Shown here piece by piece: positions 7,700 to 15,786 of a DNA stretch of 64,000 nt. The translations under genes were made by a program, and so were the position numbers. This DNA is from Candidatus Latescibacterota bacterium (GTDB taxonomy: Bacteria; Latescibacterota; UBA2968; UBA8231). Location: positions 3,296,001 to 3,360,000 of the forward strand of contig OZ220089.1 in assembly GCA_964291625.2 (NCBI GenBank), given 5' to 3'. Position 1 is the first letter of the stretch. Each line of letters starts with the position of its first letter. The notes beneath the pieces are model-generated. The model ran no database searches. It was not told where the DNA came from and was given only the letters and a program-made list of their open reading frames with translations.

Positions 7700-10237
7700 A
7701 TGGCCGTCTACGATCTGCTGCGCATCGAGATGCCGGACGCGCCGCCCGGCTTCGCCGACGACACCGGCGACCTCCACTACGTGCCGGCCCCCTGCCAGGT
7801 CGCCTGTCCCGTGGGCACCGACGCGGCCTCCTACATCGGCCTGATCTGGGAGGGGAAGTACGAGGAGGCCTTCGAGGCGATCACGGCGACCAACCCCTTC
7901 AGCTCGATCTGCGGCCGCGTCTGCGACGCCCCCTGCGAGCCCGCCTGCCGGCGCACCGACTCGGACGGCCCGATACAGATCCGCAACCTCAAGCGCTTCG
8001 TCATGGACCGCATCGGCCACCGCTGCGACCCGCCGCCGGTGCCGGTGACGAAGAAGGAAACGGTCGGCATCGTCGGCGCCGGCCCGGCGGGGCTGACCGC
8101 GGCCCACGACCTCGGCGAGGCCGGGTACGCCGTGCACGTCTACGAGATGACGGACCGCCTCGGCGGCATGATGGTCTGGGGGATCCCGGCCTTCCGCCTG
8201 CCGCCGGGGATCATCGACGAGGACATCACGCGCCTGACGCGGCGTTGCCCCGGCCTCGAGGTGCACCTGAACACCGGCCTCGGCCGCGACATCAGCCTGG
8301 CGGAGCTGAAGGAGCGCCACGACGCCGTGCTGCTGGCCATCGGCGCCTGGTGGGGCAAGCCGATGGGGATCCCCGGCGAGGAGCACGAGGGCGTGATCGA
8401 CGGCGTCGGCTGGCTGCGCGAGATCAACGCCGGGGCGCGGCCCCGGCTCCCCAAGAAAGTGGTCGTCGTCGGCGGCGGCGACGTGGCCATGGACGCCTGC
8501 CGCGTCGCCCGGCGGCTGCCCGGCTGCGAGCACGTGCAGGTCCTCTACCGCCGCGGGCCGGAGGAGATCCCGGCGCGCCCCATCGAGCTGGAGGGGGCGA
8601 TCGCCGAGGGCATCGAGTTCGTCTACCACACCCAGCCGGTGGCCGTCGAGCCCCGGGGCGACGGACTCGCCCTCAGGTGCGTGCGCACCGAGCTCGGCGA
8701 GCCCGAGGCCGACGGCCGCCGCCGCCCCGTCAACGTGGCGGGCAGCGAGCACGACTTCGAGTGCGGCCTGGTGATCGCGTCGGTGGGGCAGAAGGGGGTC
8801 TGCGACGAGCTCGACGAGCTGGGCATGATGCGCCCCGACCGCATCGACGCCGACTTCGAGAGCATGCGCACCACCGACCCCAAGGTCTTCGCCGCCGGCG
8901 ACGGCGCCTTCGGCGGCTCGACGATCGTCATCGCCATGCACCACGGGCAGAAGGCCGCCTACTACGTGCGCAACTTCCTCGAGGGCCACGACGAGCCCCT
9001 GCCCTACCGCACCCCCTACCGCACGCGGCGCGTGGAGGTGGCCCAGGACGCCCTGTGGGAGCGGCTGGCCCTGCAGCACCCGGAGTTCCACGGCCTCGGC
9101 CGCGAGCCGGTGACCTTCCCCGAGATCGAGAGCACCTACGACCCGGAGTCGGCCCACAAGGAGGCGGCGCGCTGCTACCGCTGCGACGCCGAGACCGGCA
9201 CCCCCGACTACAGCGTGCAGCACCGCGAGGACCTGTTCTCCATGGCGCGGATGGAGAAGGGCGAGTCCGACAAGCAGCAGGCGATGCTGCGGCGCCGCCT
9301 GGCGCCCCGGGACAACCCCTTCCCCGAGCAGCGGCCGCCGCAGCTGGAGGACCTGGTCTTCCTGCCGGCGAACCTGTCGCGCCTGGTGATCGACCCCTAC
9401 CGCGAGGCCTGCCGCGTCGGCTGCGATCTCGGCGGCTCCCTGGAGCTGGCCCACCCGCTGATGGTCACCGGCTTCGACGGGGCGCCCCGCCAGGTGAAGG
9501 AGGCGGTCGCCACCGGGCTGGCCGAGGCGGAGGCCGTCTACGTGGGGGCGCAGCCCCTGTCCCGGGAGACGGCGGTCACCTGGCTCCAGGTGCTCGGCGA
9601 GGACGGCGCGGAGCCGCGGGCGGAGGCGGCGGGGCTGCTGCGGTTGGTCTCCGGCACCGGGGAGGCGCGACTGCCCGAGCGCTTGCGCGAGGAACAGGTC
9701 ACGGGTCTGGTGGTCTCGCGGCGGGAGCACCTGGAGGCGGCGGTTTCCGCCGCCCTCGAGCAGGACCAGTCCCTGCTGCTGCTCAACGGCCAGGGTCCCG
9801 CGTGGCCCGCCAACGGCTGGGCGGAGCTGGCCGGGGCGCCCGACCTGCGGCTGCTGCGGGATGCCGTGCGCCTGCTGCGGGAACACCGCCGCGAGGGCGA
9901 CGTGGACCTCGTCCACTTCGGCGGGGTCCGCTCCGGCACGGATGCGGCCAAGCTCATCGGCCTGGGCGCCGCGGCCATGGTGATGGGCGTCTCGGCGGGA
10001 CTGGCGGCCGGCGGTCACATTCGGGGCCCGGAGCTGGCCTTCGACGCCGACCTCGGCGCCGAGGAGCGCGCCTCCGCGGTGGCCAACCTGGTCCGCGCCA
10101 ACTGCAGCGAGGCGTCGATGATGGCGCGCTGCTGCGGCAAGACGGTGCTCCACAACATCGAGCCCGAGGACCTGCGGGCCCTGACCCTGGCCACCAGCGA
10201 CAGCACGGGGATTCCGCTGGCGGGGCAGCGGGGGTGA
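7700..10237 (+). CDS. GltD-like FAD/NAD(P)H Fe-S oxidoreductase fused to a degenerate GlxD-type barrel
   Basis: APCQVACP..CGRVCDAPCEPAC (Fe-S), VGAGPAGL (FAD), VGGGDVAMD (NAD(P)H) and EAARCYRC. These are followed by LEDLVFLPANLSRL and C-terminal MARCCGKTVLHNIEPEDLRALT, which resemble the ends of GlxD. Confidence 0.8.
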   Translation: MAVYDLLRIEMPDAPPGFADDTGDLHYVPAPCQVACPVGTDAASYIGLIWEGKYEEAFEAITATNPFSSICGRVCDAPCEPACRRTDSDGPIQIRNLKRFVMDRIGHRCDPPPVPVTKKETVGIVGAGPAGLTAAHDLGEAGYAVHVYEMTDRLGGMMVWGIPAFRLPPGIIDEDITRLTRRCPGLEVHLNTGLGRDISLAELKERHDAVLLAIGAWWGKPMGIPGEEHEGVIDGVGWLREINAGARPRLPKKVVVVGGGDVAMDACRVARRLPGCEHVQVLYRRGPEEIPARPIELEGAIAEGIEFVYHTQPVAVEPRGDGLALRCVRTELGEPEADGRRRPVNVAGSEHDFECGLVIASVGQKGVCDELDELGMMRPDRIDADFESMRTTDPKVFAAGDGAFGGSTIVIAMHHGQKAAYYVRNFLEGHDEPLPYRTPYRTRRVEVAQDALWERLALQHPEFHGLGREPVTFPEIESTYDPESAHKEAARCYRCDAETGTPDYSVQHREDLFSMARMEKGESDKQQAMLRRRLAPRDNPFPEQRPPQLEDLVFLPANLSRLVIDPYREACRVGCDLGGSLELAHPLMVTGFDGAPRQVKEAVATGLAEAEAVYVGAQPLSRETAVTWLQVLGEDGAEPRAEAAGLLRLVSGTGEARLPERLREEQVTGLVVSRREHLEAAVSAALEQDQSLLLLNGQGPAWPANGWAELAGAPDLRLLRDAVRLLREHRREGDVDLVHFGGVRSGTDAAKLIGLGAAAMVMGVSAGLAAGGHIRGPELAFDADLGAEERASAVANLVRANCSEASMMARCCGKTVLHNIEPEDLRALTLATSDSTGIPLAGQRG

Positions 10238-10395
10238 GCTGACCCAACGTCGGTCTGATGTCCGTATATTCGCTTACCGCTTGCACTTGACAGTCAGCCG
10301 TGTCTGTCATGGCGAACCCAGTGCGTGGTCAGGTCCCTTCAACGCTGCCGTGACTGCTTCGAACCCCAATAGTCCGGAGCGAGGATTGGTTCCAG

Positions 10396-11679
10396 ATGCT
10401 CATTGAATTCTCCGTCACCAATTTCAGATCGATCAAGGAGGAGGCTCGCCTCAGCTTGGTGGCCCGTCCCGGCAAGGAACACGAAGAGTCCATCATCACG
10501 GTGGAGAGCCCCGCCGAAGGCGCAAGGCCGATCCGACTTCTTCGCTCGGCCGCGATCTACGGCGCCAACGCAGCGGGCAAGACCAATCTGCTTTGGGGCC
10601 TCAAGACGATGCACGACATCGTGCTACGTGCCTCCGGCAGTGTAGATGAGCTCCCAGTGACCCCGTTCAGGTTCGACCCCGCGTGCAAGACCCAACCGAC
10701 CTCTTTCGAAGTGGTGTGCGTGGCGGAAGGTGTTCGTTACCAGTACGGCTTTTCTGCCACTGCCGAGAAAGTGACCGATGAGTGGCTCTACGCGTGGCCC
10801 AGCGGAAGGCCCCAGACCTGGTTCGAAAGAAGCCGTAGTCGATCGGACAAGCCTGGGCCATGGAAACTAGGCGGGAAGCTCACCGGGGACCGAGAGGTCT
10901 GGAAGAGGGCCACCCGTGCCAACGACCTGTTTCTGTCAACAGCCGTTGCGCTCAACAGCAAGCAACTTCGCCCCATCTTCGACTGGTTTCACAAACGGCT
11001 CCACATCGCCGGAGTCGGCGGATGGCGTCCTGACTTTTCTGTGGATTTCTGTCGAAAGAAGAGCCAGGCAGCCGTAGTCGACTTTCTCAGCGAGGCCGAT
11101 CTCGCGGTTGCTGACATGCGGATTGTTGAGAAGGAGTTCTCTCCCAACATGCTCCCAAAGGGTATGCCGACGAAGCTGAGAGAGAGCATCGCCGAAGCCC
11201 CTGTTGGAGGCAAGACGGTAGATGTCTTTGTGCAGCATCAACCGAGGGGTGGTACACCGGACGAAATGGATATGGACGAGGAGTCTCACGGGACCCAGAA
11301 GATGTTTGCCCTTGCCGGCCCGTGGCTCGACTCCCTTGCCGAGGGCAACGTCATTGTCTTCGATGAGTTGCATGAACACTTGCATCCGCAATTGGTCCGA
11401 TTCCTTGTCGGCCGGTTCCACGATCCTTCAGCCAATCCTCGCGGTGCACAGCTCGTCTTCACGACGCACGATACGTCCATTCTCGATCGGGACGTGTTTC
11501 GGGTTGATCAGATTTGGCTCTGCGAGCGCAATGAGCGCCTCGAGACAACGATTTTCCCGCTGAGTGATTTCCGGCCTCGCAAGGGAGTCAAGAGTCTGGG
11601 AAGGGCATATCTGTCCGGACGATTCGGAGCGCTTCCGTACATCCCTGGGTCCAGCCGTCAGGTATCCAATTCAGACTGA
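10396..11679 (+). CDS. RloA-like ABC/AAA_21 ATPase
   Basis: MLIEFSVTNFRSIK, Walker A YGANAAGKTN, signature ESHGTQKMF, Walker B VFDELHEHLHP, H-loop FTTHD and C-terminal YLSGRFGALP. Visibly lower GC than the flanks. Confidence 0.85.
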   Translation: MLIEFSVTNFRSIKEEARLSLVARPGKEHEESIITVESPAEGARPIRLLRSAAIYGANAAGKTNLLWGLKTMHDIVLRASGSVDELPVTPFRFDPACKTQPTSFEVVCVAEGVRYQYGFSATAEKVTDEWLYAWPSGRPQTWFERSRSRSDKPGPWKLGGKLTGDREVWKRATRANDLFLSTAVALNSKQLRPIFDWFHKRLHIAGVGGWRPDFSVDFCRKKSQAAVVDFLSEADLAVADMRIVEKEFSPNMLPKGMPTKLRESIAEAPVGGKTVDVFVQHQPRGGTPDEMDMDEESHGTQKMFALAGPWLDSLAEGNVIVFDELHEHLHPQLVRFLVGRFHDPSANPRGAQLVFTTHDTSILDRDVFRVDQIWLCERNERLETTIFPLSDFRPRKGVKSLGRAYLSGRFGALPYIPGSSRQVSNSD

Positions 11680-11682
11680 GCG

Positions 11683-12318
11683 ATGGCGCCACGCAGACGT
11701 CGCCATCGCCGGCAGATTCAGCGAAGAGGCCCCCAGCGGGAGCCTTACGATAGAGTGCTTGTGGTGTGTGAGGGCAAGAAGACCGAGCCGACGTATTTCA
11801 AGTCCCTGATACGCCGATTGCGTCTGAGTACCGCGAACGTCGAGGTCGAGGGAAGCGGCTCGGATCCCAGCCAGTTGGTAGAGAAGGCAAAGAGCCTCAG
11901 GAACAAGGAACAGCGACGGGGCGAGCGATACGACGCAGTCTATTGCGTCTTTGACAAAGACGAACATGCGCATTTCGCTGAGGCATCCGATGCAGCGAAA
12001 TCGGCCAACCTGAAGTTGGCTCGCTCTTGGCCGTGCTTCGAATTCTGGCTTCTGCTGCACTTCCTCTATAGTCGCAAGCCCTATGTGCGATCGGGCGACA
12101 GATCCCCGGCGCAGAACTGCGTGAGGGACCTGAGGAAGCACATGCCAAACTACGCGAAGGGAGACGCAGGCGTGTTCGAAGAGTTGGAGGACCGCCTGGA
12201 AACCGGGAATTCCAACGCGAGGCTTGCGCTGGCAGACGCGGAGGCAACAGGGGAGAGAAACCCCTCAACGGAGGTTCATTGCCTCATCGCGTACCTTCAG
12301 GCCCTCAAGGGCAATTGA
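11683..12318 (+). CDS. RloB-like TOPRIM-fold protein
   Basis: VLVVCEGKKTEPTYF, VYCVFDKD, SWPCFEFWLLLHF and NPSTEV are hallmark RloB blocks. Directly follows the ATPase. Confidence 0.85.
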   Translation: MAPRRRRHRRQIQRRGPQREPYDRVLVVCEGKKTEPTYFKSLIRRLRLSTANVEVEGSGSDPSQLVEKAKSLRNKEQRRGERYDAVYCVFDKDEHAHFAEASDAAKSANLKLARSWPCFEFWLLLHFLYSRKPYVRSGDRSPAQNCVRDLRKHMPNYAKGDAGVFEELEDRLETGNSNARLALADAEATGERNPSTEVHCLIAYLQALKGN

Positions 12319-12453
12319 TCGAACCAAGTCTCTGTCGATCCATGGGATTGCCCCGATCTGAGTGCCGCCTGGGGCGAGGGCTGTCAATTCAGACGGAGTG
12401 TGTCTCCGGAGGACCGCGAGCTTGACTGGCCCAGGGCGGACGACTGGTCCGAG

Positions 12454-12670
12454 CTAACCGCTGCCGCCGATCTTCTCCCGCCCCTCCAGGAGTTTGGCCA
12501 CCACCTCTTCGATGTCGCCCTCGTCGACGAAGGGCGACAGGATGTACGATTTCAGGGCCACGATAGGCTCGTCGTAGGCGGTGCGCCGGTAGCAGTCGGT
12601 GGAGGAGATGACGACGCCCCGTCCCCTCCCCCCACATCGCCTCGGAGTGCACGTAGTCGAAGACCTTCCC
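12454..12670 (-). pseudogene. 3' remnant of a gene, resembling the C-terminus of a group II PLP-dependent decarboxylase, frameshifted
   Basis: KVFDYVHSEAM, then a frame change in a G-run, then RGRGVVISSTDCYRRTAYDEPIVALKSYILSPFVDEGDIEEVVAKLLEGREKIGGSG*. Codon usage is host-like and there is no 5' part. Family call from memory only. Confidence 0.45.
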
Positions 12671-12713
12671 TGAGACTCCAGCGGGGGGCGCGGGGATACG
12701 GTACGGCCGCAGG

Positions 12714-14561
12714 TCAGCGCAGGAAGAGCAGCTTGCGCGTCTCCTTCACTGCACCCGTCTCCAGGCGGTAGAGATAGACGCCGCCGGCGACCGGGCGTCC
12801 GTGCTGGTCGCGGCCGTCCCAGGAAACCTCGCCGTAGCCGGCGGCGACCGGACCGTCGATCAGGGTTCGGACCCTCTGGCCCTGCAGGTTGTAGATGTGC
12901 AGGGTCGCCCTGGCGTCGCGGGGAGCCACGAAAGGCAGGACCGTGCTCCCGTTGAAGGGGTTGGGGTAGTTCTGGAGGAGGGTCCAGTCCGAGGGCGTTG
13001 AGGCCGGGGCGTCAGCGGTCCCGATGGCGGTGATGATGTCGGGCGGTCCCGAGGTGCGGAGTTGCTCCACGGTGAGCGCCGCTGGTTCGACGAAGGGCAT
13101 CGGCCACCCGCCGTCGACGAGGGGTTTGGAGCGGACCTCCCGCCCGTCGGACAGGGTGACGACCAGTTCCCACTCCTCGATCGGGGTCTCCGGGTCGCCG
13201 CCGCAGTCCCAGCGGGCGTCGGCGAAGCGGATGTTGTCCACCGCGGGCAGGTCGGGGTTGTAGTCGAACATGGGGTCCACCGTCATCTCGTCGGCCGAGA
13301 GGGTGGTGTAGAGCCGGGTGAGATAGGGTTTCTCGTCGAAGAGCCGGCCCACCTCTTCCAGCGGCTCTACGACGATCCGCTGCAGGTCGTCGGCCAGGGC
13401 GTCGGGATCGAAGGGGAGATCGCCGGTCCAGCGGTCGTAGGCGCGCATGTTGTTGTAGAAGGAGCGCTCGGCGATGTCGAGGAGCCGGCCCTCCTCCCGG
13501 GCGCGGTCGTAGGCTTCGCGGTCGCCGCCGAAGACGACATCGAGCACCCCTTCGTCGAGCACGGCGTCCGACATGGGGATGTGGCGGCGGATCAGGGTCT
13601 GCATCTGGGTGTCGCGGGGGAATCCCTGGGCGAGGGCGGCGTCGAGGAAGTCGGCGGGATGGGTCTTCCCGCGCAGCGCCTCCAGATCGAGCTCTCCGAA
13701 GAAGAACTCGCCCACGATGCTGCTCGGCCCGGCGTAGTCGGTGACGAAGGCCTGGCCTCCCGCCTCGTTCGCCGCCTGGGTGACGACCTCGGGGTAGTTG
13801 AAGCCGCCGCTCCACCAGTCGATCAGGGCCTCGTTGATCCGCACGTGCAGGTAGTTCTCCGGGATGGCGCGCCGGTCGGCCAGGACCCATGCGAGGATCC
13901 CGAGGTCGGGCTCGGTGGCCACCGCCGTGAGGCGGATCGGGATGCCCGGCCTCTCGGCGGCGTAGGTCATGGCGATCGGCTGCAGGTCCCCGACCTCGCT
14001 CTCGGCGGCGAGCTTGAGGGCCAGGAAGTAGAAGCCCTCCTCCACGTACGGTGTCAGGAGGGGAACCCCGAGGTCGCCGAGCTGGTAGCCGTTGTCGACG
14101 AGCCAGTCGACGATCGCCTGGGGGTCCTCGGAGGTGATGACCGCCGTGTCGTAGGGGCCCACCTGTTCCTGGAGGACCACCTCTACTTCCCCTCCCTCCT
14201 CGTCGAGGGCGGTGGGGACGGAGGCCCTCGTGAAGGCGATGGGGAAGCCGCAGTCGTCCTCCTGGAAGTTCAACCGGAAGCCGGGCCGGGTGGTCCACTG
14301 CAGCTGCGTGAAGATCTGGTTGTGGCTCACGGCCAGCTCCGGCACCGCGGGCACCGGCAGGATCCAGGCGAAGTCGGAGGCCGCGCCGCTGTAGAGGAGC
14401 TGCAGGTGGGTGGTGACCGTGCCCTCCCCCTGGACGAAGAGGATGTTCTCGGCCACCTGGTTCATGGGGAAGGTGGTGCAGAAGAAGCCGCCGCAGGCGC
14501 GGGCGGCGGGGGCGCCGAGCAGGAGGGAGAGGAACGCGGCGAGGGGCAGTCTGGCGGTCAT
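12714..14561 (-). CDS. Secreted DUF2330-domain protein with C-terminal FlgD-Ig/T9SS-CTD-like domain
   Basis: Signal peptide ending ARA-CGGFFC; FAWILPVP, VGPYD, IPIRLTAVA and YLTRLYTTLSADEMTVDPMF (DUF2330); C-terminal QNYPNPFN...IYNLQGQRVRTL...WDGRD..GGVYLYRL. GGAG RBS before ATG 14561. Confidence 0.85.
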   Translation of the reverse strand: MTARLPLAAFLSLLLGAPAARACGGFFCTTFPMNQVAENILFVQGEGTVTTHLQLLYSGAASDFAWILPVPAVPELAVSHNQIFTQLQWTTRPGFRLNFQEDDCGFPIAFTRASVPTALDEEGGEVEVVLQEQVGPYDTAVITSEDPQAIVDWLVDNGYQLGDLGVPLLTPYVEEGFYFLALKLAAESEVGDLQPIAMTYAAERPGIPIRLTAVATEPDLGILAWVLADRRAIPENYLHVRINEALIDWWSGGFNYPEVVTQAANEAGGQAFVTDYAGPSSIVGEFFFGELDLEALRGKTHPADFLDAALAQGFPRDTQMQTLIRRHIPMSDAVLDEGVLDVVFGGDREAYDRAREEGRLLDIAERSFYNNMRAYDRWTGDLPFDPDALADDLQRIVVEPLEEVGRLFDEKPYLTRLYTTLSADEMTVDPMFDYNPDLPAVDNIRFADARWDCGGDPETPIEEWELVVTLSDGREVRSKPLVDGGWPMPFVEPAALTVEQLRTSGPPDIITAIGTADAPASTPSDWTLLQNYPNPFNGSTVLPFVAPRDARATLHIYNLQGQRVRTLIDGPVAAGYGEVSWDGRDQHGRPVAGGVYLYRLETGAVKETRKLLFLR

Positions 14562-14752
14562 GGGGGCTCCTTGGCTGATGGTAAGATCGCCGCGGGGGAG
14601 GTCCGTCACCAGTCCAGGGCGAGGTCGTCCCCCCGGAGGTCGATCGAGGGCCGCGGGCGAAGGCGCGGACTCGGCACCGGCGCCCGGCGCCGCAGTGGCC
14701 GCGTGGCGGCGCTGCCCGCCCCCGGCGAGGCACGCGGCCACGGGGTGGAGCC

Positions 14753-14886
14753 AGCGCGGCTCCACGGCGGCGGTGTCCGGCGGCGGGCGCGTACAACTGG
14801 CGCGGCGCTGGTCGCCCCCCGGCGAGGGCCCCCGGCCCGGGTCGGGACTAGCGCGGCTCCGCGGCGGTGGTGTCCGGCGGCGGCGC
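14753..14886. repeat. Imperfect ~37-bp direct repeat duplicating the 3' end of the DUF362-like gene
   Basis: agcgcggctccacggcggcggtgtccggcggcgggcgc (14753-14790) versus agcgcggctccgcggcggtggtgtccggcggcggcgc (14850-14886). Confidence 0.75.
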
Positions 14887-15786
14887 CCACGATCCCGGGA
14901 CCTCCAGTCCGGCCACCTTGATGCTGGCCAGGCGCGACATGCCCAGCCGCAGGCCGCCCGCCGCGAAGAGCGGCGCCAGTCTCTCCTCGCCGGCCCCGAG
15001 AAGCGAGGCGGCGACGCGGTCGACGGCGATGCCGTCGGCGCCGGCCAGCAGCAGCGGCCCTCGGTGTCCGGTCATGTCGAGGAGGGTGTAGTCGACCTCG
15101 GCGAGCAGGGCCAGCTCGACCGGGCCGGGAGCGGATCCGTCGGCGCCGGGGCCCGCCAGCCCCCGGAGGTTGTCGAGGCCGGCCAGGGCTCCCGCCGGAC
15201 GGGCGGCGTTGACGAGGGCGTCGCACTCCAGAAGGCTGATCGGCACCGGGTAGGCGCCGCCTCCTCCGGGCACCTCCGTCTCCTCCAGCTCTTCCTCTCC
15301 CAGATCGAGGATCTCCAGGTCGAGGCCGGCCAGCCCCGGGTCCTCGCGCAGTGCCGCCAGGGCCTGCGGCAGGCCGGCGGCAGGTTCCGCCGGCGCCCCC
15401 GGCACGCCGCCCAACAGCAGGCCGATGCCGGCCTCGGGCGCGATCCGGGCGATCTCCTCCAGCAGGGCGCCGATCACCCGTACGTGGGCGGCCACTCCCC
15501 GGGCGTCCATGGCCCCATGGCCGGGGCGCACCAGGATGCGTTCCGAGGACGGGTCGACGGTCCTGTGGAGGCCGCCGGAGAGGTAGATGGCGCCGCGCAC
15601 GAGGTCGGCCTCGTCGGCCGACGCCGGGGCTCCTTCTCCGGAGGGGGAGGCGGCGCCGACGACGGGGACGTATCCGGGGGTGGCCGCCGAGAGCGCGTCG
15701 GGCCCTCCGGGACCGGGCGGCCAGAGGTGCGGCAGGGCCATCGCGAGGGCCACAGCCAACAGGACCGGGTGGGCCCGGCGCCTCAA
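14848..15786 (-). CDS. Exported protein, weakly DUF362-like
   Basis: TTG start overlaps the glcF stop (TTGA), followed by a hydrophobic N-terminus. LECDALVN and LLAGADGIAVDRVAASLLG resemble DUF362 blocks. Confidence 0.5.
   Translation of the reverse strand: MRRRAHPVLLAVALAMALPHLWPPGPGGPDALSAATPGYVPVVGAASPSGEGAPASADEADLVRGAIYLSGGLHRTVDPSSERILVRPGHGAMDARGVAAHVRVIGALLEEIARIAPEAGIGLLLGGVPGAPAEPAAGLPQALAALREDPGLAGLDLEILDLGEEELEETEVPGGGGAYPVPISLLECDALVNAARPAGALAGLDNLRGLAGPGADGSAPGPVELALLAEVDYTLLDMTGHRGPLLLAGADGIAVDRVAASLLGAGEERLAPLFAAGGLRLGMSRLASIKVAGLEVPGSWAPPPDTTAAEPR

Noticed and set aside
10288-10309. TGACAG-N10-CTGTCA palindrome upstream of rloA
   Set aside because: 6-bp arms, no matching -10 and no cognate regulator; insufficient support.
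11667-12398. caattcagac(t/g)gag repeated at the rloA end and downstream of rloB
   Set aside because: Only a 13/14 match. It could be a scar but is too short to separate from chance without comparative data.
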